A stretch of DNA of 64,000 nt from Eledone cirrhosa (Eukaryota): the NCBI GenBank assembly GCA_964016885.1, contig OZ024740.1:58838001-58902000 (forward strand). Direction: 5' to 3'. Position 1 is the first letter of the stretch; the number at the start of each line of letters is the position of its first letter. Under the pieces are notes generated by a model. It was not told the DNA's origin, made no database searches, and was given only the letters and a program-made list of their open reading frames with translations. Below, in pieces: positions 39,458 to 53,399 of this stretch. The translations under genes were made by a program, and so were the position numbers.

Positions 39458-39631
39458 CAGTAGTTGCCAGCCAGTGTTCCGCAGACCACTGGTGCTCCGA
39501 GACAAAATTTTTGTTGTCTGCAGAAAAATTTAAATGTATTTATCTTTTTTAAAAAATCCATATTAGTGGTCCATGGGATTTAAAATTAAGAATTTAGTGG
39601 TCTATGAGGTCTGATGGGTTGGCAACCACTG
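39458..39631. mobile_element. hAT-type MITE
   Basis: TIR CAGTAGTTGCCAGCC vs CAGTGGTTGCCAACC (13/15); perfect 8-bp TSD GTCTAGTA. Confidence 0.88.
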
Positions 39632-41078
39632 GTCTAGTATGTCCTTCTTTATTTAAGGCAGAATGTACGAATTGAGGGCAATTTGATTGTTCATTTCTAG
39701 CAGTTTGGGTGGCCTCATAGAAGCTTCCATGTCAGATGTGCTGTTTACTCATATTCTAGAACAAATCCAATGATGTTAGCTTGAAAATAAATAATAAAAA
39801 ATACTGACACATAAAATATTTCTCAACATATCTTTTGATCCATCTTTGTGTATAGAGAATAATAGAGCTGTCAGGAATATCTGCAACAAGGAGAGAAATA
39901 TTAATATTTAGTCAATTTTTTATTCGCTTGAGTAGAATTAATGCTTTGATAAACCTCAGGAATAAATTTGGCTGGTACTTAATAACAGGCTTTGAAAAAT
40001 TATGTAGATGATTGACAAATCCCCTTCTGGACTGTATCTAGCCCAATCAAAGCTAACTTTGGTATATATTCCTGTCACAAAACATGCATTATCCACCTGC
40101 CCAGTTCCCCACCCACCCTCTCTCTTTCTCTCTTTCTCTCTCTCCTGCTTTTACTATTTCGACAATATTTCTTGCTCCTTTGATCTAGCTTGTAGTTTAT
40201 CATTATCATTCAAACATAATGCACCCACCTTTCTCCTCTCATCATCCTTATTCTGTTTTATTTCAGGCCATATTCAGAATATTTTCCAGTTCTTCCTAAG
40301 TTAACTACAACCTTCTTTCCTAAAATAATGTCTCACCCATAAACATGGAAATGACTACAAATGATTTGAATCCATAATCCATGGCTTCATGGTTTATGAG
40401 CCAGATATCCTCTTCAGTCAATCAGCTTCTACTTTAAAAACTCTAAGTTCTTTGATTAAAAAATGTTTGTTATTCAGTCAGCTTGAATTGATCTAGTTCT
40501 GGCCATGTTGGAGCACTGTCTAGAACAACAACAACAGCAGCAACAGGGAGTGATACTGTCAGGAAGAGCTGAAATCAGTAAGATCTCCAATCAACAGTTG
40601 ATAAAGGAAATGTCCTGCAGTGAATACCATGTGTAGAATAGAGAAGGAAAGAGTAGTTATATTTTTTTTAATGATTTTCCCTGCTAGACTATGGGTTAGC
40701 CTTGCCAACCTCATGACAAACTTATCATGGCATCTTTGTTTGAGGCAGTATTTTACAGCCAAATGCTGTTCCTTAGGTCAACCATTTTAGTCACCTCTTA
40801 AGACACATAGGGATATGGTGTACTTATTCTAAACTGGATACACAGTATTGTTGGAGCACTGCTACTTGTAGAGAAGTAATGTTTCTTGACCCTATAATGA
40901 CTAAATTATCAATATATAGGATACTAAAAATATTATTAGTCAGTTTCTTGCTGAAAAAATTCCAATAATCACCAGTTATTAATAATGCTTGCAATATGGT
41001 GGTGGATTGACAGAACCATTAGGTGTGTCAGACAAATGCTTTGTAATATATGTTCAAGTTCTTTATGTTCTAAGTTAA

Positions 41079-41386
41079 CCCTTTAGCATTTAAACCAGCC
41101 ATATCCGGTTAGAATTCTCTCACCTCTTTCTGTTCAAACCAGCCACTCATACTGACGTTAATTGTTCTCAAAATAAATCATATCAAAATCTCATAAAATC
41201 TCATAATATCATAGGGAGGGGTGTGGTGAGAGCTGACCTGAAAAGGAGATGATGAAGGAATGCATCGTGTTGGGGTGGGGTGTGCTGTGCTGAAAAAGAC
41301 CTATACAACCCATACAAGCATGGAAAGGTGGACATAAAATGTTGTTTATAATAGAGACAGTTTTAAACAAGCTGGTGTTTAAAGGG
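41079..41386. mobile_element. piggyBac-type MITE (family of 28857-29061) with a nested RTE tail fragment
   Basis: TTAA-CCCTTTAGCATTTAAAC...TAAAGGG-TTAA; first 130 bp match 28857-28990. Confidence 0.8.
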
Positions 41387-41698
41387 TTAATTCATATTCA
41401 TCTGTAGGGTATCTGCAAATGTGAAATTAAATATAGTTAAATCTTTTACAGTGAACAGTTTATTTCCTTTATTTTTATATTTTAAACTTTTTATAAAATT
41501 TGTCAGTATGAATTGTTTGTTAAATTGTAAATGAGAAACAGTGTTTAACTAGCTACATATGTTTGTGTGTCTGCACCTAGATCTATGTGTATTTATGCAT
41601 GTGTAATTTCTAGCATCTTTTACAACTTCTATAAATGTCTTTACATAATGTTTTCATGTTTTTTGATATAATTTAAAACTGTTTCCTTTGATTCACAG

Positions 41699-41776
41699 CT
41701 GGAAATTCTCTTGGAACAGAAAAAAAAAGCAGAAATACAAAGCTTAAATGACTTCTCTTATACTTATTTAACAGAG
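41699..41776 (+). CDS. Candidate 78-bp internal coding exon of an unidentified host gene
   Basis: tttcctttgattcacAG acceptor, GAG/GTatac donor, open phase-0 frame LEILLEQKKKAEIQSLNDFSYTYLTE in non-repetitive sequence; no homology recognised. Confidence 0.3.
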
Positions 41777-42269
41777 GTATACATATTACAAAAAATAGCA
41801 AGCAAAGGCTGGTTATAAATATTAGTATACATTTCTATCCAGACAAACTCATATCAGTGCAGTCTTCTCTCTTACACACCACAAGTAATAATTTAAAACA
41901 TACAGTATACACTGATTAATAACAGAAAAAAAAGTATTGCTTTCCTATGATCCTAAATTCTTTATGTGATGCTGTTTTTGTCTTTACATAATTTATTTTT
42001 CTAAGTTTTTCAAAAGTTACAATGTTAAACATTCTTTCTTAATGAAAAATTTCTTATTTCTAAGCTGTGTTTGTTGATAATAGTTAACTTATAAATGTTC
42101 ATTTTAAAATTTGTTAATTCCACCTTTTTTTTGTAAACCTTTTTGTTATGATTGGCATACAATAAAAAAAATTATACATTGGAATAGCATTTTTCTTGTA
42201 TTTATGACTGGTTATTTTGAGGGTACAGTGCAGTATTTTGAATATGATTCAACAATATTTTTTTAATGA

Positions 42270-43140
42270 AAATCCCAAACAAGGTGTGAAGCCACTTAGT
42301 GTAAGGGACTATGAAGGAGGAGAAATTAAGTTGAAAGGAATGATTTTACTTTAGATTTGAAAGAGTTCAGGTCATAAGAAGGAGGTAAACAATGAGATGG
42401 AAGAGAATTCCAAAGTCTTGCAGTTTGAGGAAAAGAGCTACGACTGTAGAAAGACTTCCTTATTTGTGGAACCACAACAAACATCTGGCTGAAGGCACTG
42501 TAAGTTTCAAGTTAGTGGCATGATGGGCACCTGCCCAGATATGACAATAATATTCCACACAAGGGCGAATTGTGGACTTGTAAGTACAACATGGCCTTGG
42601 ATGTGAGGTAGTCCTTTGACCTATACAATGATCCAACCTTATGGGAAGCAGACCTACTATTTCATTGTATGTAAGAACCCCAAGAACGATCAAGTGAGAA
42701 AGTAAGATGGTGCAATTTCAAAGAAGACCTTCCACATGTGGTTTGACTGTCTCACCATGTGACACCTCAGACCTATAACTCAGGTAAATGGGAAGAAGAT
42801 AGAGATCGCACTTCCTACTGAAAGACATGAGTGTGGTTTTGCCAGGGTTGAAAGTTATTAGCCACCTCTTGCTCCATTTCTTAACAGCCTGCAGATCCAC
42901 TTCAAGATTAGCAGCAAATTCCAACCATTTCAAGAGAGAAGGATTGCCAGGAAAGCCAGAATAAAAAGTAGTATCATCAGCATAAATGTTGATGAAATGA
43001 AGAAGATTGGCAGGTAGATTGTTGAGATGGATGAGAAATAGAGTTGGATCAAGAATAGAGATTGAAATCTTAGGTTAAGCGTTCCCTGAAAAAGTGCTCT
43101 GAATTATTTGGGATTGGAATACCATCTAGAGAACACGTCT
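42270..43140 (-). mobile_element. Decayed CR1/L2/Jockey-group LINE RT and 3' fragment
   Basis: IYADDT, DLQAVKKWSKRWLITFNPGKT, YKSTIRPCVEYYCHIWAGA, PQTARLWNSLP. Confidence 0.85.
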
Positions 43141-43386
43141 AGCTACAAGACTCACATAATTTTTTTGTGTGACAGTAACAAACAATCAAACGCAGACAGA
43201 AAAAATAGTCAGACATTGAGGTGAAGGGGACTGTGTGTGTACTTGTGTATATACCTGCATAAATAGTATGTGTAATGAATGTCATTAAAGTAATAGCACA
43301 TAAAATTCATTGTTCTTTAAACCCCGGGATTAAGGTAGCCTTCCAGACAGAGCAGTCTGAGGGTGAGCAAATTTAATATATTTTGA

Positions 43387-43520
43387 TATGGCCCACCGAT
43401 AAGACACTGCATAGTTATGTGGCCTACCAACGAAACATTGCATAGCTATGTGGCCCGCCAACGAGACACTGCATAGCAATAAGGCCCACATACAATACCC
43501 GTAAAAGGTTGCTGACCTCT
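43387..43520. repeat. Tandem repeat of about 31 bp (x3) next to a hAT-like right end
   Basis: TGTGGCCCGCCAACGAGACACTGCATAGCTA-like units; AAAAGGTTGCTGACCTCTG end. Confidence 0.6.
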
Positions 43521-43633
43521 GCTTTAGACTGATCAAGTCCAGAGATTACCTGAGCAACTAACTTTGAAGTCAACAAGAAATTGTTTTGGGATATAGTTTA
43601 GTTGAAAAATGACAATAACTACTTGGTGTAGAA

Positions 43634-43868
43634 CAGCACTTCTCAACTAGGGTCTGCAAAAGTAGTAATGGGTGTCTGAGTTAAATTCAACATTTCTAAT
43701 ACATTGTTAGAAATATAACATTCACAGGCTTTTGGTTATGTATTCTTCACTAGGTATAAACATTTCTCTTTTAATTGTTAATCTTCTCTAGGAGGGGAAT
43801 AATTGCAGTGGTGGGGGATCATTTAAATAAAAAGGGGTTCTTAGTAGTGAAAAGGTTAGGAACTACTG
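43634..43868. mobile_element. Degenerate hAT-type MITE
   Basis: CAGCACTTCTCAAC / GTTAGGAACTACTG; flanks GTGTAGAA / GTCCAGAA. Confidence 0.5.
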
Positions 43869-44439
43869 GTCCAGAATTTTAAGAGTCTTAGAAGAAAGGA
43901 GAGGTATGTGATTATATCTATCATTCTATAATGTACATAATACATTCTATATGTAATACAATGTTTGAGCAACCAAAACATTCTATAAATGATAATAGAA
44001 CCCCTTTACTGTTGTTTTATTGATAACCTTTTAGTAATAAAGGCGGGGGTCAACATCAGTTTATGTCTACTTTTCTACTCTAGCATGGGTGAGGGACCAT
44101 GTCTCATTTACATACATTCCAGTTTTCATATGGTTTCTACAGTTGGATGTTAACCACTGTAGATCTATGGGTCACTATTAAAATACTACAGAAACTATTA
44201 AACTGTTTTAATTCAGTGATAGAGGACTAGTGTAAATGCATGATACACAAATTATACACATATATCCTTGGTCAATTTCTCTATATTGACTTCAGTTTTT
44301 TTTTGGGTGGGGAGTTGTAGGGGTGAGGGTTCAATCAGAGATTCTGAACTTGGAGTGTATGCCCCATAACAGCAATTGTAAACCTTTTTATTATTTTTGA
44401 TAAATTTCTAAATTTTACATTGTCTTTTTTAAGGCCAAA

Positions 44440-45745
44440 TGTACAACAGAAGAAGGGAGGTTGGTGTAAAAGCCAAACACACTGTCTTCAGTTCAGTGTT
44501 TGTACTTACCCTCTTTTATGGTCCTGAATCTTGGGTAATGACCAAAAGAATATAATCACAAATACAAGTGACCAAAATGGGGTTTCTCCAATGGGTCTTT
44601 GAAGCAACATTAATTGATAGGGTCAAAGTTTGGAGATCAGGGAGTTGCTCCAGGTAGAGCTGTTACTTCTCTGAATCAAGAGATCATAGCTCCAATATTA
44701 CAGGCATGTGGTTAGAATGTTTAAGGAAAGAATTGCTGGACAGATTTTATGAACAAGATGGTTGGATATCGTCCATGAGCTCAGTTGATTTTGCTTTGGA
44801 GATGGTTGCTTCTGATAGGACCTTCTGGAAGGCATGTCCCAGGAATAAATGGGCAAAGAAAAAGAAGAGTGAGGTATCACAAATTTAGTGGTGAAGCATG
44901 GAACAAAAAAGACAAACAACCACTGAGTTAGATGTTCTTCATATTTTAAGTGTGCAGGAGCGAAGACTACTTTGGTATGGCTATGTGACGTGCATGAATG
45001 ATGACCGCTGGGTGAAGAAGTGGAAGGAAGACACAGTAGAGGAAGATCATGGAAGACATGGGCGGAGGTGGTGAGAGCACCTCAGAGCATTGAAGCTCAC
45101 AGAGGAGATGACAATGAACCGTGACAAGTGGAGAGATGCTGTGCTGAAGAGGACCCGTCCCACTCTTGCCAGCAGGGAAAAGCAGACGTAAAATGATGAT
45201 GATGATGAATTTCCTGTTATGCACATTCATAGAATGATAATCATGATCTATACTTAATTCCTATATCGGTTTTGCAGAATAAACTAGAAGTTTAGAGAGC
45301 TACTCACACTGTTGACAACAAAAGGTTTCTCCTTATGTTCAAAAGGATGACTGTATGATGCCTGTGAGCAAAGTGTGATGATGCATGGTAGTGAAACATA
45401 GGCTGTAACTACAGAAACCATGCATAGACTGCAGAGAAATGTAGCAACTGCAACAATGCTTCTTTGGGTGTACATGAGAGAAGGCTGCATTGGTATGGAC
45501 TTGCGATATGCACGGACAATGACCGCTGTGTAAAAAAATGTCAGGAAATCCTAGTGGAAGGAAGCCACAGTAGGAGACAAAGAAAGACCGGGGTAGAGGT
45601 TGTGAGAGCTGACCTCACATCGCTAAGACTGGCAGAGGAGATGATGAAGGAACGCAACAACTGGAGAGATGCTGTGCTGAGAAGGACTCGTCCAACCCAT
45701 GCAAGTGTGGAAAAACGGGCGTAAAAACGATGATAATGATGATAT
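44440..45745 (+). mobile_element. Three consecutive decayed RTE 3' fragments (about 44440-44890, 44950-45210, 45285-45745)
   Basis: LFYGPESWVMT; DKWRDAVLKRTRP; NWRDAVLRRTRP motifs; the latter two end in GAT tails. Confidence 0.8.
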
Positions 45746-46039
45746 ATATATATATATGATGATGATGATATATATATGATGATGATATATATATATGTAT
45801 ATAAATATAGTTCCAATTTGCTTACAAACCAAAAATTTAAGAGTTTAAGGCATTTAATTACTAATATATATCACTCATCAAAGCATCAAGATACTTTGAT
45901 GAGTGATATATATTATCTGTTCTTTTTTCCTGAGTGAATTGTATTGGTATTTTAATTATTAGCTAATGGCAAATTGTTAAATAAAATGATTTGATATATG
46001 TGGTATATCACAGTGGGAAGAAATAATTGTCAGTAATTA

Positions 46040-47295
46040 AGAAGATGTTGTGATTGGGTTTGGATCATCAAAGAATTCTCTCCACTTTGCAAGGATGTAC
46101 CTCTCTGATACCAGGTGTGGAGGAAGATTTCTTATTACAAAATCAGCGGATGGTCTGTCAGAATACTTTATTTGGTAATCTGAAGTTGGATTTCAGCTTA
46201 ACCCCAAAGTCGTCCCATGTCTTAACTCTGGATGTCTTTACTCTCTCTGCTGCAACTTTTCCTGCCTTCTTGTATCACAAGTACAGGGAGGAGAACTTAT
46301 TTCTAAGCTAAACTCTGCTCGAATGGCATCTTTGACCACCTAGTACCACACCGAGTTGCTTTCGCCCACAGCATTTAACAGCTGAAACAGAAACTCCTGA
46401 GCTAAACAGTCTCCAGTCCGTTTCAATGTCCTCGATTTTCTCAGGGAATTCTCTGTTTGGATGCTATAGTATCAGCAAACCTGATCCTGATTTCCTTATC
46501 CACCAATGCTTCCCACTTTATCCTGCAGGTCAACCTGGACATGCCAGTTTAGTGGGCTTCTTTAGGTAGTCTTAACTTACAGATAACAAGATGGTGGTCA
46601 GTTGACAGCTCGGCCCCTCAGTTAACACGAACATCCAGTACAGAATCAAAGAGATCAGAGACAATTACAAAATCAATTATTGATCTCTGTCCCTGATTCC
46701 CCTTATACCTCTGCTTGAGAATACGTTACAGGTGGCGGATAGCTATATGGCCACCAGATGGGATGGTTAGTTATGTTAAAAATGGGCAGCTGCTGGATGA
46801 ATAAGCAGACCAACAGCAGTAAACTGCTAGGGAAGATGGAGCAATGGGTAACACCTGTATCTCCCAGGAAAACTCACACAACCCAGTGATGTAGCTATGA
46901 TGAGGTGAGTAATAGCTACCTCTAAAAAAGCCTAGTCCTTCCAGGTTTGAGAAAGTACCAGATTGGTGACAGGCACAAATAAGACCATCAAAGCTGCAAT
47001 ATGGTGAAAAGTAAGAAAAAGAATCATACCACATTGTCCTTTGTGTGGGTTAACAAGGGACACATTCAGGCCTTATGTAGTGGGGCCTGTTCAAAAATAT
47101 ATATTGCAGTCTCCATTCATGCCTTAAAAACTGGCGATAGCCTGGTGACCTGCCCTAAGAGTTGTGGGATGGATACACTAAGATTGCATATCTTGAAACC
47201 CCAAAGAAGGTTTGGAAGGGAGCAAACCTTAACTATTGGAATCTGGAACATCACAACCCTTACAGATAAGGAGCAGGAATTAGTTGGGGAGGCTA
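46040..47295. mobile_element. Rearranged old RTE-like LINE: internal part on - (46040-46770), 5' end/APE start on + (46770-47295)
   Basis: + frame LTIGIWNITTLTDKEQELV (APE N-terminus); - strand IDFVIVS...VLDVRV...ELSTDHHLVI-type remnants. Confidence 0.6.
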
Positions 47296-49903
47296 GATTT
47301 TTTTTAATGGAGAATCCCTTATGTTTCTCACTGTACCATTTTATAGTTCATAAACCCAAGCAAAAATCGATCTAAGTAATCAATTATCAATTACCATCTA
47401 TTGATTTTGATAAAGCTAAGTATTATGTGCTTTATATATATGTACAAAATATTATGTCTTTCTCAAACGATATATGGTTCTTTATATACATGTATCTTTT
47501 AACTTGAATTATATATAAATATATCAATATATATTGTTATACTTGGGGAGGGTCATATTTGTGTAATAATATTGCCAGAATTAACAACAGAACAAATATC
47601 AATATATATGTACATACATATACATACACACACACACACATACACATATATATGTGTGTGTGTGTGTGTGCGTGTGTGTATCCCAGGCTCAATCGGGGGT
47701 AATGACAGTAAGTAAGGTACTCAATACATAGAGTATATAGAATATTTAATATAGAAATGGCTTCTATAAACACACACATATACATATTAATCCAAGCCTG
47801 CAACATTTTGCTTTGTATGCAAATAAGCTTCATCAGCCTATGTACATAAGCATAAAAACTATATGCCTTTTGCTTATTTCATCTTAACAACCAAAAAGAA
47901 TAAGTCTCTCTGGCGATGGTGAAAGAACAAGAAATGGTACTGTCAGTGTGCCCTCTCTTTGTTGCTAAGAATAATAACAACATGATAACAGCTTTTTTAA
48001 AATTCATAGCAAGGCTACAAGGATGTTTATTTACATGAACATTTCATATATACTTCAATATACAGCCTCAGTCATATATATATAGGGCAGGTAAAATTCG
48101 TGAGATAGTATATATATATATAGCTCCAGACCAAACCACATATATATATATATGGTTTAGTCGGGAGCTATGCCTTTTGCTTTTGAGAATTAGATTAAAT
48201 GACATTTAAGTAGATTTCATTTAGTGGATTGTAAAATCTGAAGTAGCTAAAATGTTGATTTGAGTTGTTAAATAAAATGCTTCATTATTTCTTATTTTAC
48301 TGCAAGTGCAATAGTCCTTTTGTTCAAAACACTTAACCACATTTAATTTAGTTTGGGGATTTATATTTTGTCAGAAGGACCAATTATATGTACTAGTTGT
48401 AGGCTAAAAGAAATAAGTAGCTTACAAATTTTTGCATATAGTCTAGAGAAACTTTCAAATAACCTTAAAATTAGAATTGATCCTGATTTCTAATTAGGGA
48501 ATTGTATCAAAATATTGATACCATGCTTTCTCTTCATTTACACCAAGCCGAAAAGTGAATTTAATTTTATTGGAAAACAGAATCTGCCAACTTAGCCATT
48601 ATTTCCATCACTGCATTTTCCAATAAACACTGTTGACATCTCTCTTGGATTCAATAATTTACTTAACATAGCTGTCTCTTGACTGAAGAGCAAATGGGTA
48701 TCAAAATTATGAATTACTGAAAAGATATTGATTTACTTTGAAATATCAATTTATTTTTCAATATATTCTAAACAAATGTTTAATTAAGTATTTTCCATTT
48801 TCAAATTACAGTGTGAACACAACAGGCTTAACTTTACCCATACACTCTATAAGGAAAATAATTTACATTTTACATTTACAAATACTACAGCAGCTGTTCT
48901 ATTATTTGGACAGATATTGAATATATTTCAGAAACCATTCACATTTTATATGTCTTTGGCTGAGGAAATAAACAGCAATTTCTTTATCATTTAAATTTTC
49001 TTATTGGCAACATGACCCTCCCAAAGTATAACAATATCGGTTTCAACACACGATTTCAGATAAAGAATCTTGCTAAACAAATTCAGAAACGAAATGTCAT
49101 AAATCAAAATATATCAAAACTGATGATTTGATAAAATTAAAGCAAGACATTCCTTTTTTAGTTCTTTTATATCATGATAAATGCAAGTATAATAAATTAT
49201 TCTGACATGTTAGAGAAAGATTTGTATGTCATCTTATCGAGTATTTATGAAAGAGAGCAGCCAATTTTGTTTATATTAAAAATCCTTTAGTTCTATTATA
49301 AACAACTCTTTGTGGTTGCTCTCTCCACTTACTCCTAATTGTTTCATAATTTTTAAGTTACCAAAATTATGTTGTGTCAAATTGTGCCAAATGTTCTTTT
49401 CCATTCATTTTTAAACAATCTCTTTTTTTTTCATGTGGTAAAATCATTTGCATTTAAGTTTTAATATCTAAGTTTCATTAACACACTTTATTACAGTTCT
49501 AACAAGGCCTAGACAACCATTTGAACTTATTTCCATTCCCATAACGCCTATACAATGTAAGAAGTAATAAATCTTACATACTTGTACTAATGTAATATAA
49601 TATTATATATATAATATTATTCTACAGACATGGCTTTGAAGAAGCTGTTTGCATAATTGCAAACGGATCGAATATTATTATTAATATTCGAAAAACTCAG
49701 ATTACATTTATATATATATAATATTATATATAATATAATATTGTATATATATATGTAATATTTTATATAATATAATAATATATATAATATTATATATACA
49801 TATATATATATAATATTATATTATATATAATATTATATATATATATATATATACTATTATATTATATAAAATATTACATATATATACAATATCATATGAT
49901 ATA

Positions 49904-49941
<38 letters not shown>

Positions 49942-49967
49942 TATAATAAAAAAACATAAGATAATTA

Positions 49968-50028
49968 TTTCATTTACCAGTGGTTTCTTGAAAGCAAACA
50001 AAATTTCCTTTCAATCATCAGAATAAAA
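49968..50028 (-). ncRNA. Type I hammerhead ribozyme
   Basis: UUUUAUU-CUGAUGA-UUGAAAG...CUUUCAA-GAAA-CCACUGG-UA-AAUGAAA; intact core, 7-bp stem II, GUA triplet. Confidence 0.85.
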
Positions 50029-50637
50029 AAATCCTGGTGTATTTATTGACAGTGGATATTAGAAAGCAAAAATATAATCTATATGAAAATGAGGCTGGAA
50101 AAGGAAGAAGGAAAGGAAAAAGAATAAGTATAAAAGTAGATAAACACACATGCATGCACACACACACACACATGCACACACACATATACATACACACATA
50201 TATACATATATATACATATACACATATATATATATACATACACACATATATATATATATACATACACACATATATACACATACATATATATATACATATA
50301 CATACATACACATATATATATATATACATATCCATACATACACATACACATAAATACACAAACACAAACAACTTAGGAAAATAAAAATAAAAATTATTAT
50401 AAAGTTGACAGCGATACAGGAAAGGACACAAATAAATGAACAAACACACGTGGTAAGCAATAAACACATTTACACATACACATACATACATATAAATATA
50501 TACATACACACACACACACATACACACACATATACATATATATATATACATACATATATATATACACATCATCATCATCGTTTAACGTCCGTGTGCCACG
50601 CTTGCATATATACACACACACACATACATATACATAT

Positions 50638-51421
50638 ATCATCATCATCATCATCACCGTTTTACGTCCGTTCTTCCACGCTAGCATGGGTTAGACGGGT
50701 TGTCCTGTTGTGGGCAGTGTCTGGTCGGCTGACCATGCCTTGCTCATACAGGAACTGATCTGGCTTGATTTCTACAGCTGGATGCCCTTCCTAACACCAA
50801 CCTCATTTACAGTGAGTGCTGGGTGCTTTTTCGTGGCGCCTACACGTCCACTTTACAGTGTGGGCTGGGTGCTTTTTTGCCGTGGCACCTCCACGGCCAC
50901 CTTGCGGTGGGTGGGGGGGGGGGGGGGCATATTGTTTATATGCTTCAGCATGTACCCATGGGAGGTCGGGTACCCTGTATTACTGCGTGACGCCAGAAGT
51001 CACGGTCGTGTGTCATTGACTTTGAGAGGTGTAGTTGGGTAAGGTCGGCTTTTATCACCTCATCCCAAGTCATCTTGGGTCTCCCCACTCCGCGGTTTCC
51101 ATCAACTTCTAGTGCTCTGCACCTTTTTATGCAGCTGTCATCCTTCATACGCATCACATGTCCATACCAGCGTAACCGCCTCTCCTGCACGCAGCATTTG
51201 ATTCCTCTTATGCTCAGTCTCTCTCTCAATTCCTTTATGCTTTGTCGTTCACGTATATTACTGTTACACATCCATCGGAGCATGCAGGCTTCGTTTCTCT
51301 CTAATCTACGTAAGTCTTCCACCTTCAGCGCCCAGGTCTCACTACCATGCAACATCGCTGTTCGGATACACGCATCATACAGTCTGCCTTTCATTCTGAG
51401 GGAGAAGCCTTTTGCAGCTAA
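50638..51421 (-). mobile_element. 5'-truncated RTE LINE with a SINE-A-like 3' UTR
   Basis: ORF 50945-51469 LAAKGFSLRMKGRLYDACIRTAMLHGSETW...; UTR matches the 10320-10567 SINE tail. Confidence 0.93.
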
Positions 51422-51502
51422 TATATATATACATATGTGTGTGTGTAAAACATTCTTTGATGTATTCATTGAACCTAGTATAACTCTTAAATATATATCT
51501 AT

Positions 51503-52396
51503 ATATATACGAAATAAATTAAATTAAATTAAATTAAGGGAGTCATGCCCGAGACATGCACCATATCCACCGTAGAATAAGCTCAAAGATTCCATTGAAT
51601 AGATCCAAGCATTTTATATCAACTAGAAATTGATTGACATATATATATATATTTAAAATAAACACATGAAACAATCACAGGGGATAATTTGTAAAGTGTG
51701 TAATCACACATAGCATTTTTTAAAAGGTAATATTTGAAGCTCTAGTTAAACTTTAATTAGTTACCTACCTAGCTGTGTGTGATTACACACTTTACAAATT
51801 ATCCCCTGTGATTGTTTCATATGTTTATTTTAAAAATATATATATATGTCAATCAATTTCTAGTTGATATAAAATGCTCGGATCTATTCAATGGAATCTT
51901 TGAGCTTATTCTACGGTGGATATGGCTCGGACATGACTCCCTTAATTTAATTTAATTTAATTTATTTCGGATATATAAACGGCTCCTTAATTGTAGAGCT
52001 AAATCGGTTGAAAGGACTCGGCTGCTATTTATAGCTGTCGACCACCCTATTCACGCCAATGGGAGGACGCTAGCATGTTGTTAGTAGTTTTAGAATTACA
52101 ACATGTGCGACGGGTCACTCGCAGATTTGCATTTGATGTGTAAACACAGATAGTTATTTCTTGCCCCTTGCTGAATATCCAAGATTTGACTACTGTGACT
52201 TTACGGATTATTGGTGAAATATATACAAGGAGGATTAAACATTTTTTAAAAGGTAATATTTGAAGCTCTAGTTAAACTTAATTAGTTACCTACCTAGCTA
52301 TGTGTGATTACACACTTTACAAATTATCCCCTGTGATTGTTTCATGTGTTTATTTAAAAAATATATATATATGTCAATCAATTTCTAGTTGATATA
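51503..52396. mobile_element. Foldback + tandem non-coding element (526-bp unit) with a degenerate HHR
   Basis: 51503-51714 is inverted at 51772-51977; 51714-51871 is directly repeated at 52240-52396. Confidence 0.85.
52166..52230 (+). ncRNA. Degenerate type I hammerhead-like fold (G8U)
   Basis: CCUUG-CUGAAUA-UCCAA...UUGGU-GAAA-UAUA-UA-CAAGG; palindromic minimal stem III. Confidence 0.55.
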
Positions 52397-52587
52397 TATA
52401 TATATAAGAAAATACATAAATATTATATATATATAAAAATAAAAAGGTGGAAGGGGTAAACAAATAGTTGGGAATACGACAAATAATAAATAAATAGATA
52501 AAGGTATAAATGTTTATAGCTGATTTAGAGCACTCAACAAGTTCCTAGAGCAAATAATCAATGAAAATAAACATTAAATCACTCTGT

Positions 52588-53020
52588 GCATCATCATCAT
52601 CATCATCATCAACGTTTAACGTCCGTGTTCCACGCTTGCATGGGTTTGGACGGGGGTAGTCCCACTTGAGGCAAGAGTGATTGTCTTGCTCGCATAGGAC
52701 TGTCTGGCAGGTTTTCTACAGTTGGATGCCCTTCCTAACACCAACCACATTTACAGTGTGGGTCTGGGAGGTTTTTACCGTGTTGCCTACACGGCCACAT
52801 TACAGCGTGGACTGTGTTTTTTTGTCATGACACCTACACGATCTCATTTGTTTCGGCCTGGATGGTGTGGCACCAACATAACTTTACATAGAAGGGGGCG
52901 GTGTGGATGGGGTGGGGGTGGTGGGACGGGGGTGTATTTTGTTAGAGATGCCTACTGACTGTAGTAGGTTTTACTTTGTATTTAGGTAAGGCGGGTCTTC
53001 TCTATTACTGAGTACCGCCA
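52588..53020 (-). mobile_element. RTE 3' fragment (family of 59.8-63.6 kb)
   Basis: Near-identical to 59855-60272. Confidence 0.93.
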
Positions 53021-53347
53021 ATATATATACACACACACACACACAACCATACAAATACACACATATATACATATACATACATATATATATATATATACAT
53101 ATACATATAGGAAAAAGTATGACCCCGACGGCAGAGCTCAAGCCGTTTCGACGGCTATTATATATATATACACATATAAACACATACATATATATAAAAA
53201 TACACATATACACACACACATATATACAAAAAGTTGCGTCACCATCTTAATAAAAATACACACACACATATAAACACACACATATATATATACACACACA
53301 TATACACACATACATTTATACATACAGATATATACAATTATATACAC

Positions 53348-53399
<52 letters not shown>

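Noticed and set aside
42970-42990. CTGATGA on the minus strand as a hammerhead core
   Set aside because: It is the coding sequence of the RT motif YADDT, with no flanking stems or GAAA
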